NCBI GenBank assembly: GCA_047495785.1
Contig: JBLDXI010000042.1
Location: forward strand, 3,286,001 to 3,350,000
Origin: Lepidodermella squamata
Lineage: Eukaryota > Animalia > Gastrotricha
DNA length: 64,000 nucleotides
Direction of reading: 5' to 3'
The notes beneath the pieces were generated by a model that had not been told where the DNA came from, did not search any database, and worked only from the letters and a program-made list of their open reading frames with translations. This document shows, one piece after another, positions 1-12,722 of the stretch; within the stretch, counting starts at the first letter, position 1, and each line of letters starts with the position of its first letter. The position numbers and the translations under genes were made by a program.

Positions 1-1
1 T

Positions 2-1034
2 CGAGTCGTTGTCGCAACAACAGGCGCTTTATATCGAAAATCTTGTCCTAGATGCCGCATGATGAAATGCCGACAGCTTGGTCTGGGAAAGCGGAAATCA
101 GCGAGAAATTCGCAGAAACATACCGACTCGAATTCTCAAAGCTCTCAGGAAACTTTGGCGATAAGCCAAGATTCGATGACGCTAGAATCACCTTCATCAA
201 TAGCCCAACCTGAGCTGAGCCAGTTCGAAAATATCCTTCAGCGATTCATCCCAGCTATCGGTGAATTCCAAGAGTCTTTGAACCAGGTAAAATTCTGGTT
301 TTAAATTTTTTTAAATTTTTTTCTCGATTCTTAAAGCTGCCATTGAGGCGAAGGGCGATTCAGTTTTCATCCGGTGCCGAAGCTTGGCGTAGCGTTATGC
401 TAAATTTCGAACATTTACTGCGGATTTACAAGAAATTTCTCACGAATGTGATACCGAATTTCGCATCAATGCCACTCGAGGCGCGTTGTTCTACCTACTC
501 TCAGACTTTCATCCCAGTCTGGTTGACGATTTCAGGCCACGCTTCACCGCTCACGCCATCGATGGCGCAGGAAAACGCTCTCCAACTAGACAATTTTTTC
601 CCCGAGGCTAAGGTTGATTTCTTACGGAAATTATCTCTGAATTTTGAACATTTTGATTATTTCAGGGTCAAATTGAGGAATCTCGGCATATTTGGGCTTT
701 GATCAACAGCTGGAATCCAACTCCGACGGAATTTGCGAGTTTTATCGCGGCGATGTTGCTCGAGACCGATCCGAATAGACTCTTAATTACGACCCCCGAG
801 GCGAGCCAGGACACAATGGCCATTGACGAAACTATGCCGAACGAGATACTAGCAACGTGGCTGTTGAATCTCGCGAATTTAGGACACCCTGTGACAGGCG
901 CTGTTAAAAACAGCGTCAATTTCGCTAGAGAGCGGCGCCAAAGTGCGGCTATTGAAATGTATAGGCGACGAGCAGCTGAACTCGCTGGAATAAACAGCCC
1001 GTTATACGTTGATGTTTTGACTCTGGATAAATAA
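2..1034 (+). CDS. Divergent nuclear hormone receptor NHR-a (5'-truncated by window edge); exons <2-286, 337-612, 666-1034
   Basis: Frame from base 2 reads RKSCPRCRMMKCRQLGL (end of second C4 finger); GT..AG introns of ~50 bp keep the frame; LBD-like segments align with the two downstream paralogs (AWRSVMLNFE, IPNFASMPLEARCSTY, IWALINSWNPTPTEF). Confidence 0.85.
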
Positions 1035-1453
1035 ATTGAAATTGACAGAAAAATATTTAATACAGGTGACAATAAATCGTGAGTATTTTAATGTCCCTGA
1101 TACGTGGATGAATTAGTGTTCCGTGGATAATGTATTTGCATCTGCATCAGACCTTCACACTCACCTAGACATTGATCGATATTAAATTTCAAAGCATTGA
1201 ATGTCATCATTTTTTTCTTTCACTGCTGTCAATTGGCTGAAAGCGCGCCGCCTCGCTGTCGATTATCGATCAAAATTAATTAACCTCCACACGGCGGCGT
1301 TTGCCTCTAACGCACGTCTGCTAACTGGTTGAAATAAGCTGATGTTTATTTTTCAACGACGCAGCAACAGGTCAAATTGCGAGATTTTCTTTCCGCTATT
1401 TTTTGTCCCCTATTTCGCAGTTTTTTCATACGAAATACGTCCGACTTTCCTCG

Positions 1454-3255
1454 ATGCAGGTGTTCAGTAGTGAGATCAGTTTAACAACCCTTTGCCAGGT
1501 TTGCGATCAACCTGGCGGGGTTCCTTATAAACGACAACGTTACGACGGCCTGACCTCAATATGCATTGCTTGCAAGGTAAATTTTTTTTAAAAAAGTACG
1601 AAAATCACGATTTAATTTTTTCAGAAATTTTTCCGTCGAAATTGCTTTAAAAATGTTGATTCAATGCATTGCAAGTTCACGGCGCCAGTTTTAGCTGCTG
1701 ACTCCGGAAATTTTACGAGCCGAAAAAATCGCTTATGTGGCAGTAAATCCTGCCCTCGATGCCGTTTAGCAAAGTGTTTCAAACTCGGGCTAGGCGGGCG
1801 GGCTCAACAGGGCAGTGATTTTGGCAACGATGATGAAAATTCGAGCGCGGCGGTGATTTCAAACAATTCGAGCAATTTGTCGAGCCCTCAGCAGCAACAA
1901 GTGATGATTGTCGATCGTAAACGGGCTGACTCTATAGCGAGTAATAACAGCAGTTTTTACAATGGCCGATTCAGTCTTAACTCTGAGCCATCTCTTGAAG
2001 ATTGCACAGGCGCGGAAGGCATGCTTCGAAGCATCATCCCAGCCCTGGCTGAATATGAGAGCGCATTTGCAAGGGTATGAGAGGCTTATTAACAATGCGC
2101 GAAAAAATCGTTAATTTTCTTTAATAATTCTGAAGCTTCCATTACGGATGCGTGAGGTGCAATTTCGGGACGAAATCGACGCATGGCAGCAAAACATGCA
2201 CAACTTTGAATGCTTGACAGTTTTTTTCAAAGAATTCGTGAAAGCGATGCCAGGTAAGAAATTGAATAATTAAAACACAAAAAATTGAAAAATATTCATT
2301 GAATTATAGAAATTAATTTCAAATTCTTGCAAATTATAATAAATTAATATCGGGTTCAATTAAATATTAGAATTAATTATCGGATAAACCCAGCACCATC
2401 TCGCAAAGGAACCACGTGCCAGTTTCAAATTGCTCATCATTAGCCGTGACCTACTTTCCGCCAGCCCGTTTGATGGCTATGATTCATTGTACAAATAGGT
2501 CAACACGTGTTTCTCAGGTCAAAACGTTCGATTTCAGACAAAAATATGTCGACTACGTTCACATTAAGGGGATTGAGTCGAGGGCCGTCACGTGAGGCTT
2601 CTACATCGATCAAGAAATGAAAAAGCCGAAATCGCAGGGAAATTTAGGGAGAAATTTAGTACCACGACGCCTAGAACCTCAATTTCAGTAATGAAAACAT
2701 TTTGACCTGATGTTTTTTTTTAATTTTCCAGGTTATTCCGAGCTGTCCCTTGAAGAACGAGTCAATTTGTACGCGAGCTCTTTTCTGCCGATTGGACTAG
2801 CGATACCCTGCCGGTCCACGCCTATTCCAGCGATAATGACGCCGAATAACTTCGGACAAATCGACGAATACTTCCCGGAGAATAAACGAAAACACGAAGA
2901 CACGCACCGACTGTGGATGTTGATCGCTCACAACTGGCAACCGTCGATAGCTGAATTCTGCTGTTTACTAGTCTCGCTTTTCTACCACGACACGCGGTAT
3001 TCCGGCCGAGTGGCCGGGTTTCAAATGGCACTTGGCGCCACCTTAATGCGGCAGTGCAACGGTGACTGGAAACTTTTCAACGAGCGCCTTGAACTGCTGC
3101 AACATGTTGCAAATGCCTTGAGATCGGCGGCTGAGCGGCGGAAGGCTAACATTGACGGACTGGTGAAACGACGGACAGATATTCTATCAGTTAGCAAGAT
3201 GTATACGGCAGTTCTATTTAACGACAGTGGTAAAAGCGACAGCCGTAATCCATGA
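1454..3255 (+). CDS. Divergent nuclear hormone receptor NHR-b; exons 1454-1576, 1625-2074, 2136-2253, 2732-3255
   Basis: CQVC-x19-CIACK|KFFRR...CPRCRLAKCFKLGL DNA-binding domain; LBD signature FVKAMPGYSELSLEERVNL (F..W/F.K..PGF..L...DQ..L-like); canonical splice sites. Confidence 0.9.
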
Positions 3256-3785
3256 GACTCAAATTACTCGTGACTTCTCATCGATAAAATCGTATCCTTT
3301 TTCAATTTCAAATATTTTATTTTGACCTGGCTCTGATGAACTTACCAATTGAAAAAAATTGAAAACATTCTGCACCAAGATTAATGGAAAAGTGACAGTC
3401 ACAATAAAGCATGTTTTAGTCTCAATATTTCGCCTATTTTCCGGAAAATGTATACTCCTACTACTCCTACTAATGTATACTCAAGGTATAAATGATGTCA
3501 TGCCTTCGAAGGATCGCGATTCAATCGTTTCCTGATACATCAGGAGTCTGATACCCGCGCTTATGACATCAAGTAATTGAGGCAACCCGTGAAGATTGGA
3601 TCTTTAATTAGGAAGACCTCGTGATTCCAAATTCGAGTGAAAAATTAGCGAAATAATGACTGAAAATTGTATTCGCCCCATGGCTTTACGACGCTAGATA
3701 TCCCTTTAAGACAAGTCTTACCCCACTTATATGAGCTAATGATAGATGAAAACTCCATTTAAATCACTGTTCCGGAGCCTTTTTA

Positions 3786-3985
3786 TAGGCAGACCGCCAT
3801 AACAGCGAATACCCGAAACAGCGAACGCGACAAAACAGCGAAAAATCTAATTTGCGACATAACAGCGATTTTAATATAGCACATTACACAGCATTTTGGG
3901 GAGGATTTTTCGCTGTTTCGTCGCTTTCGCTGTTATGTCGGTTTCGCTGTTCTGCGCATTCGCTGTTTTGACGTCCTACCTTTTT
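3786..3985. mobile_element. ~200-bp palindromic MITE built from AACAGCGAA sub-repeats
   Basis: Left arm has repeated (a)acagcgaa, right arm repeated ttcgctgtt; imperfect terminal IR aggcagaccgccataacagcgaat / attcgctgttttgacgtcctacct; T-rich/TATA flanks. Confidence 0.65.
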
Positions 3986-4197
3986 ATAAATTCGAAAAAT
4001 ATGTACTTTAATTGCATATATTTTCAATTGAACGGGCTGCATTTTTGTTCGGTTGATTAACTTTAACCATTTATATCAATCAAACCTTCATGTTTGAAAA
4101 TCGTTTGAAATTAATATAATTTGACAACTGGCGCGTACATTCGAAGCACTTGTAACAAGGCGTCTGCTTTTCCAATGTTCTAATTTTTCGAATTTTC

Positions 4198-5807
4198 ATG
4201 GAATTTACACATTGCCAAGTTTGTGGCCTAGTTGTAGAATCCCAGCATCCCAATTTTCATAAAAAGCAGCTTAATTCATTGGATGCAATCATATGCCGGG
4301 CATGCAGGGTGAGTGATTCGAAAAAATCCCTAAAATGCTGAACAATTAATAATTTTTTCTTAGAAATTCTTTCGCAGAAATAAACCGAGGCCGATAAGTT
4401 CGTTAATATGCCTGTCCGGAACTGCGAAATGTCGCGTTTCCAAGGCTACGGCAACTCACATCGCCTCAGGCGTTGTGTGGCGCATGGCCTGCCCTCGCTG
4501 CCGATTCGAAAAATGCCTAGCCCTAGGAATGATGGGTATGACGAATATTTCAACTTTTTTATAAATCACTTGTACCATTTTACTCTCAGAAAGCTCCAAT
4601 CGCGATCCTAAGAAAAGTGTCCGTGATTCGGGACAAAAAAATAGGCCGTTCTCTAAAGCCGATTGTGTTTCAAGCGAAACGAATTTATCTTCAAATCCAG
4701 CCGTCGAATTTTCGCCAAGCCAAGAACCAATTATGCCTCACTTCGCCTCGGCTGAAGAGACATTATCGGGTTTAGTAGACGCGACTACTGGCCTCTCTCG
4801 AGCTCTGATGACGTCGCCCTTGAAAACTGCAATTCGGCTATTCGAAAGCGAATCTCAAGCTTGGCAGAGCTCGATGGAGCAGTACGAATTTATGGCAAGA
4901 AACGTGACCAATTTCATGAAAAATTTACCAGGATTCCTCGACATTCCGGTTCAATCGAGGTGTAAAATATTTTCGAAGGCATTACTTCCAATCATCTACG
5001 CGGACACAAATCGGCTCGAGCCGACTACATTGACTATGGCTAGAGAAAATTGGACGCAATACCTGGGATTTTTCCCAGAATTGAGCGTGAGAGCTTAGAA
5101 GTTCCAGAAAAAAATCGCCTAATTTTTGAGTTTAGTACTCGATTCAACAATCTCATACGATTTGGTCTGCGATTTCGAACTGGCAGCCGAATTTGATCGA
5201 GTACTCCTGCCTTTTAGCCTATATATTCATATTGAGTAAGTTTTTTTTAAAGAGCAAATTTTGATCCTTTTTGGGCGCTTGAAATTGGAAAAATAAAAAA
5301 ATTGCAATTTTTAAGTTTTATTTTGAATTAAAGTTTTATGTATTTTTTCAAATTTCCTGTTAATTTTTAAGATCAAAATTTTAAAATTTTATAATGTTGA
5401 ACTATCAAAATTTATTACCTAATTTATTTAAATTTTTTAATTTGAAAGCATATCAAAATGCGGCAACAACTGATCCCGAACTGCTATGTCCCGGTGCGAA
5501 GCTTAAAATCGACGAGCTATTCCAAGCCATCCAAATGTCGATATTTCAAAGTGCCAAGGGTGATATGGCAACCTTCACGCAACGCCTTCAGCTCATGATC
5601 TGCGTCGCCGAGTTGCTCGTGAGTGGGTCAGAGCGGTACAATGCTGCATCGGCTGAGCTCATTCGACGCCGGCCTCACTTATTCACCGCCAATCCTATCT
5701 ATTCAGCCGTTCATTCGCAGAACTGGCAAGGCTTGACAGCTGATCGTCAACCGGATGATTCACCTCGCGAGCAGAAATTTCAACTCGATCTCTCACCTTC
5801 CGAATAA
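4198..5807 (+). CDS. Divergent nuclear hormone receptor NHR-c; exons ~4198-4308, 4364-4535, 4590-~5087, ~5136-5235, ~5449-5807
   Basis: MEFTHCQVC-x23-CRACR|KFFRR...CLSGTAKC...CPRCRFEKCLALGM; LBD motif FMKNLPGFLDIPVQSRCKIF; IWSAISNWQPNLIEY segment matches paralogs; same intron position inside the P-box helix as NHR-b. Confidence 0.88.
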
Positions 5808-6562
5808 TTCAAGCGTGACTAAGTTTCGCTCGACTAGCTAAAATAGCTCAGCAAATGATGGAAATTCATTAAAAATGCGTATTAATGCGCCAAAATGTCG
5901 ACAGCGATGGGTTAGTAATTATCTCGCTGCATCAACTCTCTGGAAAGTAAACAGCCGATTTTGCGGAAAACTTCCATATTTAGCCACTGCTTTTATCCCG
6001 CAATTACCTAATACTTATTCGTCGTCAAAATTGCCCGAATTGTAACGTGTGGGGATCTTTCACCAATTATCACACATGTCGGTTGGATTGCTCCGAAATG
6101 TAAAACGTGCGTTGTTTTTTTCCAAATATTAGCCACTAAAATCTTCATGAATAAATTTGCTCGTTTTCACGTTTATCATACGTTTATCTGTGGGACGACA
6201 AGCGTCTACAAAGCGGACAGAGGATACAAAAAAATGAAAAAAAGAAAAAGATACAAAAAAAATTACAAAAAGGTAAGAAAAAGAACAGCAATGAATATAC
6301 TTACATCAAGTTTCAAAAGTGCATTATCATATGAGGTTATTGCAGGTGAATACAGTTGATTCTTGTGGATTTGCAAACGATGACCGTTTTACTGTTAAAG
6401 TTTCGTTATTGGTGAATCAAAAAGATGTACATGAGCGCGGTATCATATATTTTCAGCAAATGGCAATATACATTCTCTATCTAATTTTTAGCCTGATGCT
6501 GGCGATATAAAACAATAAGCGGCAGCATTTTTTTATACGCATTAAGTTCGATTGTCCTTTGG

Positions 6563-8260
6563 TTATTGAGGCTTGAGGGTTCCAAAAATCAGGCTGCTGC
6601 CGCCACCTGTTTCACCGCAATGAATCTTGATAGCATCATCGGTCTTCGACGGCTCATAGTTAACGAATTGACTGAGGAGAGTAACAGGAAAATAGAATTT
6701 TCCATGAACCTCCAGGACCATGCTACTTCCCTTCTCGAAAAACGTTGAAGAAGGCAACAGTTGAACTGTAACAGTCTCTGGAGTGTTCGGTTTCAACGGT
6801 ACCAATTTATCAAACGGTTTGTCCGCGTTCCATGGCTCATGTTCCGGGTAAGAATCGTACGGCTTGCGCAATGCGATTCGCTGCCAGCCCTTGGTAACTA
6901 CGTCCAGGCCCCAGCCATTCATGCCCTCGAAATTGACCTCATTGCCTTGCGGGTCATACTTCCTGACACACACGAATAGATTGCCGTCCTCAGCTGTTTC
7001 AGACGAAATCAAAAGGTTAGCTTTCATCGGCCCCGAAACAATAGTATCTTCATCAAACGTGTGCTTGAACGAAGCTGAGCTGCTCAGGAGATGGAACGAA
7101 ACAATTTTATCTTCCAGCTTAGCCTTCGAATCAGCAACTTTCATCGTTCTATCTCCGTGGAGGCTGAATTTAATCCAAGTGGTCTGCTTCACTGGGTAAG
7201 CAGGTTCCTTGAATTTCAAAACGGAGTGAACATGGCTGCTTTGGTCGACAACTTCAACGCGAACTCGCGGGACGTCTAGCATTCCGTTGCCTGTTTCACC
7301 CTTTAGGAAGTGGCTGAAAAACTTCAGTTGCAGGGCGAGGCTTTCTTCGCTGTAGTAAATGGCCCATTTTCCTTTACGATGTGTGTAAAGCCATTTGTGT
7401 TCGGAACTAATGGTTCTAAACACACGGAACGAACCCTGCGTGTGCAGGCCCTGATCCGAGTAGCTCATGCACACCAAAGCTGGGCACTTGATGTTTGCCA
7501 GGTTAGGCGCCTTCGACAGGTAAAATTTATCGTTGCGGGTTTCGTGCTTCACCTGCAGGGCACGGGTGTCCTCGAGGTTGTTTTCTCTTATGCTCTTACA
7601 CCAGATCTCCATGAACCCGTCTTCGCGAATTCCACCGGGAAGAGCGACGTCTTTGTAGAAGTCAGAAAAACCCTCCCATGGGCAAATCGCTTTCAGATGA
7701 GGTGGCTGGAGAGCCGCTACCTTGTATTGACTGATAGCCAGATAAGATACTCCATTCAGACCAACTTTGCCACTGCACCATGGCTGTTTCGCGATCCATT
7801 CAATAGCATCGTAGTAGTCCTCGGCTTCTTTGTCAGAGCAGGGGATGGGTATTTTTTCGTTCGACTTCGACTTGCCGTAACCTCGAATGTCCAAGTTAAT
7901 GACGTTAAAGCCGTGAGGGACCCAAAATGCCGGGTCAGGCGCTTCCCACCCGCAACCTTCAGACATGACGACATGATTATCCACGCGGATAACTCTGTAC
8001 TGCTTAGGGACTGAATTGAAAACCCAGCCTCGCTTAGGCAAATTATCCTTCGAATAAGGATGGGCAGACATGATGACAGGTCGCGGCTCCTTGAGACCTT
8101 CCACGCCAGGTGGCCGATAAAGATTAGCATACAAAGTGGCGCCATCTCTCATCGGTATGGCTATGTCGAGATCGGCATAAACACCATTAGGCAGTGGGAT
8201 GATAGTCACGTTAGGCTTGATAATTCGAAAAAGTCGGTCAAGGGAATACCAGAGAGGCAT
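6563..8260 (-). CDS. Intronless CocE/NonD-family (peptidase S15 / alpha-beta) serine hydrolase, 565 aa
   Basis: MRDGATLYANLYRP N-terminal motif, WEAPDPAFW, D.RGYG.S, WCSGKVGLNGVSYLA nucleophile elbow, SDQGLH (Asp), WLYTHRKGKW (His), C-terminal PepX_C-like jelly-roll (GP.....ISS...D.NLFV, P.ST.F.KG.S..LEV). Confidence 0.93.
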   Translation of the reverse strand: MPLWYSLDRLFRIIKPNVTIIPLPNGVYADLDIAIPMRDGATLYANLYRPPGVEGLKEPRPVIMSAHPYSKDNLPKRGWVFNSVPKQYRVIRVDNHVVMSEGCGWEAPDPAFWVPHGFNVINLDIRGYGKSKSNEKIPIPCSDKEAEDYYDAIEWIAKQPWCSGKVGLNGVSYLAISQYKVAALQPPHLKAICPWEGFSDFYKDVALPGGIREDGFMEIWCKSIRENNLEDTRALQVKHETRNDKFYLSKAPNLANIKCPALVCMSYSDQGLHTQGSFRVFRTISSEHKWLYTHRKGKWAIYYSEESLALQLKFFSHFLKGETGNGMLDVPRVRVEVVDQSSHVHSVLKFKEPAYPVKQTTWIKFSLHGDRTMKVADSKAKLEDKIVSFHLLSSSASFKHTFDEDTIVSGPMKANLLISSETAEDGNLFVCVRKYDPQGNEVNFEGMNGWGLDVVTKGWQRIALRKPYDSYPEHEPWNADKPFDKLVPLKPNTPETVTVQLLPSSTFFEKGSSMVLEVHGKFYFPVTLLSQFVNYEPSKTDDAIKIHCGETGGGSSLIFGTLKPQ

Positions 8261-9149
8261 TTTTCAATAAATTTGCAGGCAATCTAGATTAAATGAAAGG
8301 TTAATCAGTTCTGAGATATCAGGCACCTTTAGGTGAGAATAAGTTGCAGGTTTTTCCGCGCGAAGTAAACTGTCGCTTATGAAACACTGCCAAACCGTCT
8401 GATATTGGCCTTAGTTAACGTATACGTAAGACCAAATAATGCGCTTCGTGATAAAAAAAACGTTTGTAAAAACTGGGGCAGAAAAAACATGGAAAACATT
8501 GCTTTTAGCGCCATGCAGAAATAATGAGCAAGTAGTAGTTTATTGATCATAGATAAATAAATAAGAGAGATCTGACTGCATTATGAAGATAGCAGAAGGA
8601 TTCCAGCAGAATAGACTTCCACTTATCCGATGGACTTCATTTTCCATTGTTATAGACCATGCAAAGTCAATAGAAAAAACCGTACACCGATAACACCTTC
8701 TGTTGGCATTATTCAAGAATTGCTGCTTTACTATGTGTGGGTATAGTGTACTCCTTTTAGGACATCCCTGTTATAGCGGGCAGAATTGCGTATCATGCAT
8801 TAATACGGTGTGATGTAATGTTGAAAAGTACGCTGATTCTCGTTGTGCATTCCGTTTTCAAGGCGGGATCACCTGGACTTCTGTAGCGGCAAAAATCCAG
8901 GTGAGGCTGCTCACCTGATCAGGTAGATGCTTCGAAAATGACACCAATTGATTCCCCGTGTATGAAAACCGTGGAATTCAAGCTTTAAGCCTATACACAG
9001 ACTATAGGCTTTAGTCTACTCTATACTCGTGTTATTAAAGTGTAACCGAATTCGATGTCATGACTGCCCCATGTGAAGATGTCCGCGCCAAAATGAGACA
9101 AGAAAGCAAAAATTCTCGATGAATTATTTCCTCACACTTAAATGTACTA

Positions 9150-10250
9150 CAGAACTCACTATTAGCTCGAAGTTAGCAGAATAATTCCAGCCGAATAACT
9201 GCGAACAACTGAATGAGATCGAGAAAATCGACCGTCCTCGAACCGGCTTCGATTTCCACCCTTTGTCTTCAAATGATTACTCAGGTGATTCAATGATACA
9301 GTTGTCTGCGTTGTCAGCAATTTGGCCACCTGACACGGAACTGCTTGAATGAAGATCGCTGTCTAATATGCGGCCGAAATTTTGTTTGCGATTTGGCCAC
9401 TGTTGCAATTGTGGCGATGGGAGTCTTGCAAACTCGAGGGTTCAACCTCGGTTCACAAGGACAATCAAGACAGGACAATCTAACGAAACCCTAGAGTTGA
9501 TGCGACTGCATAAAATTGGGAAAACTTCTAAGGAACGGGTAGTTGGGATCCTTAATGGTTGTTGTTGGTCAGGCTGTCACCTTGATGGAGGCGGAGGGTT
9601 GGTTGAGACGTACTAATATCGTAATAAATCCCTGTTTTTATACAAATTTCACTGCGCCATATGCCCCTCGTGTTTCAACCAAAATGTCGCCCAGGAGTTT
9701 AGGATGTTGAATGCGCTCGGCTTTCCCCGTCATCACCCGCCTAATCGCCTATAAATTCTCGCCTGCCATTGGTACTACCGCCCCCTTTGCTGGACTGATC
9801 ACGTCCTTCTCTGACCTAATTGTTTGCTGTTTAATAGCTCTGCGTCCTTCGTCTTCCTGCCTTCCACTTTATCGTCTAGTTTATTCCTTGCATCTGCCTT
9901 TCTTTCGCCCGGACTGTGCTTTCTTGTTCCTACTCCTCCCTCTCATTCTCTCCTTCTGCTTTCATCTCATCACTGTCTGCCCTCTTTACTGCTGAGGCTG
10001 ATAAACTAACTCCGCGTGTGATAAAATTCCCAATGCTGCTGCCTCGCATCTGCCTCCTTCTTCGACAAGCGCCCTATCTCTGCGCCATATCAAATCCGAA
10101 AAGTCATCATCATTTTTACCGTTTTCCAACCGTTTTCTTGTTTATCTCTATCGGCATTTCACTTTTGGTTCATATAACTTTATCTCGCTGTCATGATGAT
10201 CTGCCAAAACCAAACTGTCAAGCGATGGCTTAGCAATTTTCCCGCCGCTC
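9150..10250 (-). mobile_element. Possible highly decayed LTR-retrotransposon gag/pro remnant
   Basis: Minus strand is purine-rich with broken charged ORFs, MTGKAERI, a degenerate knuckle RHNCNSGQIANK and a protease-like VEIEAGSRTVDFLD; many stops. Confidence 0.3.
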
Positions 10251-10328
10251 TCTGGACAAAATCTGCTGTTAATTGGATTAAAAGCTCATCAGATTTCGCC
10301 AAAAACATCTAAGCGAAACAGTTTTTAA

Positions 10329-10879
10329 ATGGAAAGTGTTGTCATCACTATGATATTCACGCTGAGCTGGTTGATATATCGTCCAATAGTATCGGCTGAT
10401 GCTGCTCCGATAATTCTTCAGTCACTTGGCTTCGAGAATAATAATACAAATAATGAATCCGCCATTGTTATGGCTCCTGAGGATTCCCTTAATGGTGCAT
10501 CCAAGTCCGAGATAGTTCAAGTTTTGGTGGAGAAGTGGAATTCGACTAGGAGAGAAGCCCATCAGCAGAAAAAGCGTGGCCAACATCCTTTCTCAAGTAA
10601 GTTGAACTTTACGAAGCTTAGCCGACTGCTCTCATAGTTGCCTAAACTTATCCTGCAGGTCAAATCGCAAGGTCTTTGATGGACAACAACGTTGATGAGA
10701 TGAGGCGACTGTCTCGGAGAATGCATCAGGCTGAAAGGAAGTGCCGCTACGAATTGTGCATGGTTATTTTCTACCAGTCACGCGCGATTTGCTCCGGCGA
10801 AGGGGCGTTTTACATGTGGGCACAATCGATCGCTAGGCAGATTCTTAACCGACCTTGCGAAAGTCATATTTCCTCGTAA
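10329..10879 (+). CDS. Secreted 4-Cys helical protein family, paralog P1; exons 10329-10596, 10659-10879
   Basis: Signal-peptide-like N-terminus, KKR dibasic site, phase-1 intron, C-terminal MRRLSRRMHQAERKCRYELC...ICSGEGAFYMWAQSIARQILNRPC shared with four paralogs. Confidence 0.85.
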
Positions 10880-11430
10880 AACCGGAACTGAAATGAAGTT
10901 TCGGCGGCAACTTTTTTCGTGCAACGCTTTCCTCTTTCCGTACAACGCAAAATATCTCTTACGCATAACATGCGGTTAAACCTTTGAAAGCACCTTTGAA
11001 AGGCCCGGAAATGTGCAACCTGAAATATCGCTGAATTTCTTGAAACCTTTTGTTGTATATCTCCCAACTGTACAAACGCATTATCTATTTGTGTACAACA
11101 GGCTTTTATTATTAGTAGTAAACATGAGTAAAGATCCCCAAATCGTGCAAAATATTTGCCACAACATGGTCGACTATTTTGTCACAAAACACATGGCCGG
11201 CCGAATTTGCCTGTCCAGTTTCTTTCATTCGATATTTCATTCGAAATTATGAAACTCATCGTTTCCGCGTTTAACTTGATAACAAACTTCATTCGGCTTT
11301 ATTGGTTAAAGTTGGCTTAAATGCAAACTGGCGCGGAAATAAACTCACTCAACGTAAAAAGTGAGCTTGAACTTTCGTGTAACTAGAGTTAAAAATTGAG
11401 TATAAATCATGATTTCGTATGCGCGCATAT

Positions 11431-11460
11431 GGTGTGTGTGCGTGTGTGTGTGCGCGCGCA
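11431..11460. repeat. (TG)n/(CG)n microsatellite
   Basis: ggtgtgtgtgcgtgtgtgtgtgcgcgcgca. Confidence 0.7.
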
Positions 11461-11607
11461 CTCTTCCGCTCGACTCACTTTTTGACTCGAGAGAAGCGCG
11501 CAGAGTCGTCAGCGCACTCGCTTTTTAAGCGCGCAACCATACTCATTTTTTTTCTTCATCAGTTTGGAAGATAACCGTGCAAAAATTAGCCTGCGCTGAG
11601 TACGAAC

Positions 11608-11812
11608 ATATAGTTAGCATCGTTGAATACTTAACTCGGATTTACGGCTGTTTGCGTCAGTTTGAAAGTGTGTGGTGACAAGTAAAAATTCATATGTTTT
11701 TGCTTCTTCACTCGCGTCTAAAAACGCCGCTTTCTACTTGCCACCCATCACCTTCAACCGGATGTAAACAAGCCTTGTTATCCGAGTTATTAATCGATGC
11801 TAACTACGATAT
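11608..11812. mobile_element. MITE family X copy 1 (~75-bp imperfect TIRs)
   Basis: atatagttagcatcgttgaata..actcggat / atccgagttattaatcgatgctaactacgatat; homologous to 16331-16525. Confidence 0.8.
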
Positions 11813-12722
11813 CAGTGTGTTCCTTTCAACCTCCTCTCTCTGGTACCGTCGAACAATTGACGGGAAAAATCAAAACGGCATCAGAGCCAACACAATCGAA
11901 TATTTTTGCTTACCATGCTGTTGATGAATCAGCTGAGCATCCGGCGCCCACGTGGTGTTACACCCCTTTTCTCGTGAGCAGGCGTGAATTATATCGATGA
12001 GCAAGTGTGTTGAGTTAGAAAGGTCCTGCCCCTGATTAAGCCCCCTGTATACGCCGGATGTTGAGATGATTCAGCATGGAGATGGCATGAATTGGTTGAA
12101 AAGTCAACAAACCATGTGCTTGTTCCAAGCAAATTTTTAGCCCTAATTTGTCTAAAACACCGTTCAATGTCATAATTATCATGCGAATCGGCTTAGGGTT
12201 ATGACATAAATTTGCATTTTAGACACATTCGGGCACTTCGAAATACTTCCAGAAATGTCGGCTATGGACAATAAATTTTAACAAATTTTGGACGCTAGAT
12301 TTTCTCAACACTCGCCCTAATTAAGTGACAGACATTTGAAATTCCCGCGCTAAAAGGCCTATTCATTACTAGAAAATTGCCTAACCGACATTTTGATCTC
12401 ATTTCGTTCTCGATTAGCGTTCGCCAGACAGTTTTGGGAACATGTTATACTCACCAATGTTTAAATGTCAACAGCGTTTTTATTCATTTAAAGAAATACA
12501 ACGTTAAAATTCTATAAGTATATATTGAGAAGATAAGTTGCGGCCATTGCCGCTCATTCAGCTAGGTATATATCAGTTCATTACTTGAGATGGCAACGCA
12601 CTCATTAGTGCAATGTTTAATCAGGTCACACCGCTAATAAATTTCATAAAATGATGACAACAAGTAAAGATTTTTCCCCACCCTAATATCTGGCACCGGA
12701 ATGTTGTGAAACAACATGCTGA

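Noticed and set aside
7310-8014. 234-aa + strand ORF
   Set aside because: Antisense shadow of the hydrolase CDS with no recognisable motifs
9711-10233. Hydrophobic-looking + strand ORFs
   Set aside because: Consequence of a pyrimidine-rich strand (Leu/Ser/Phe bias); no splice or homology support
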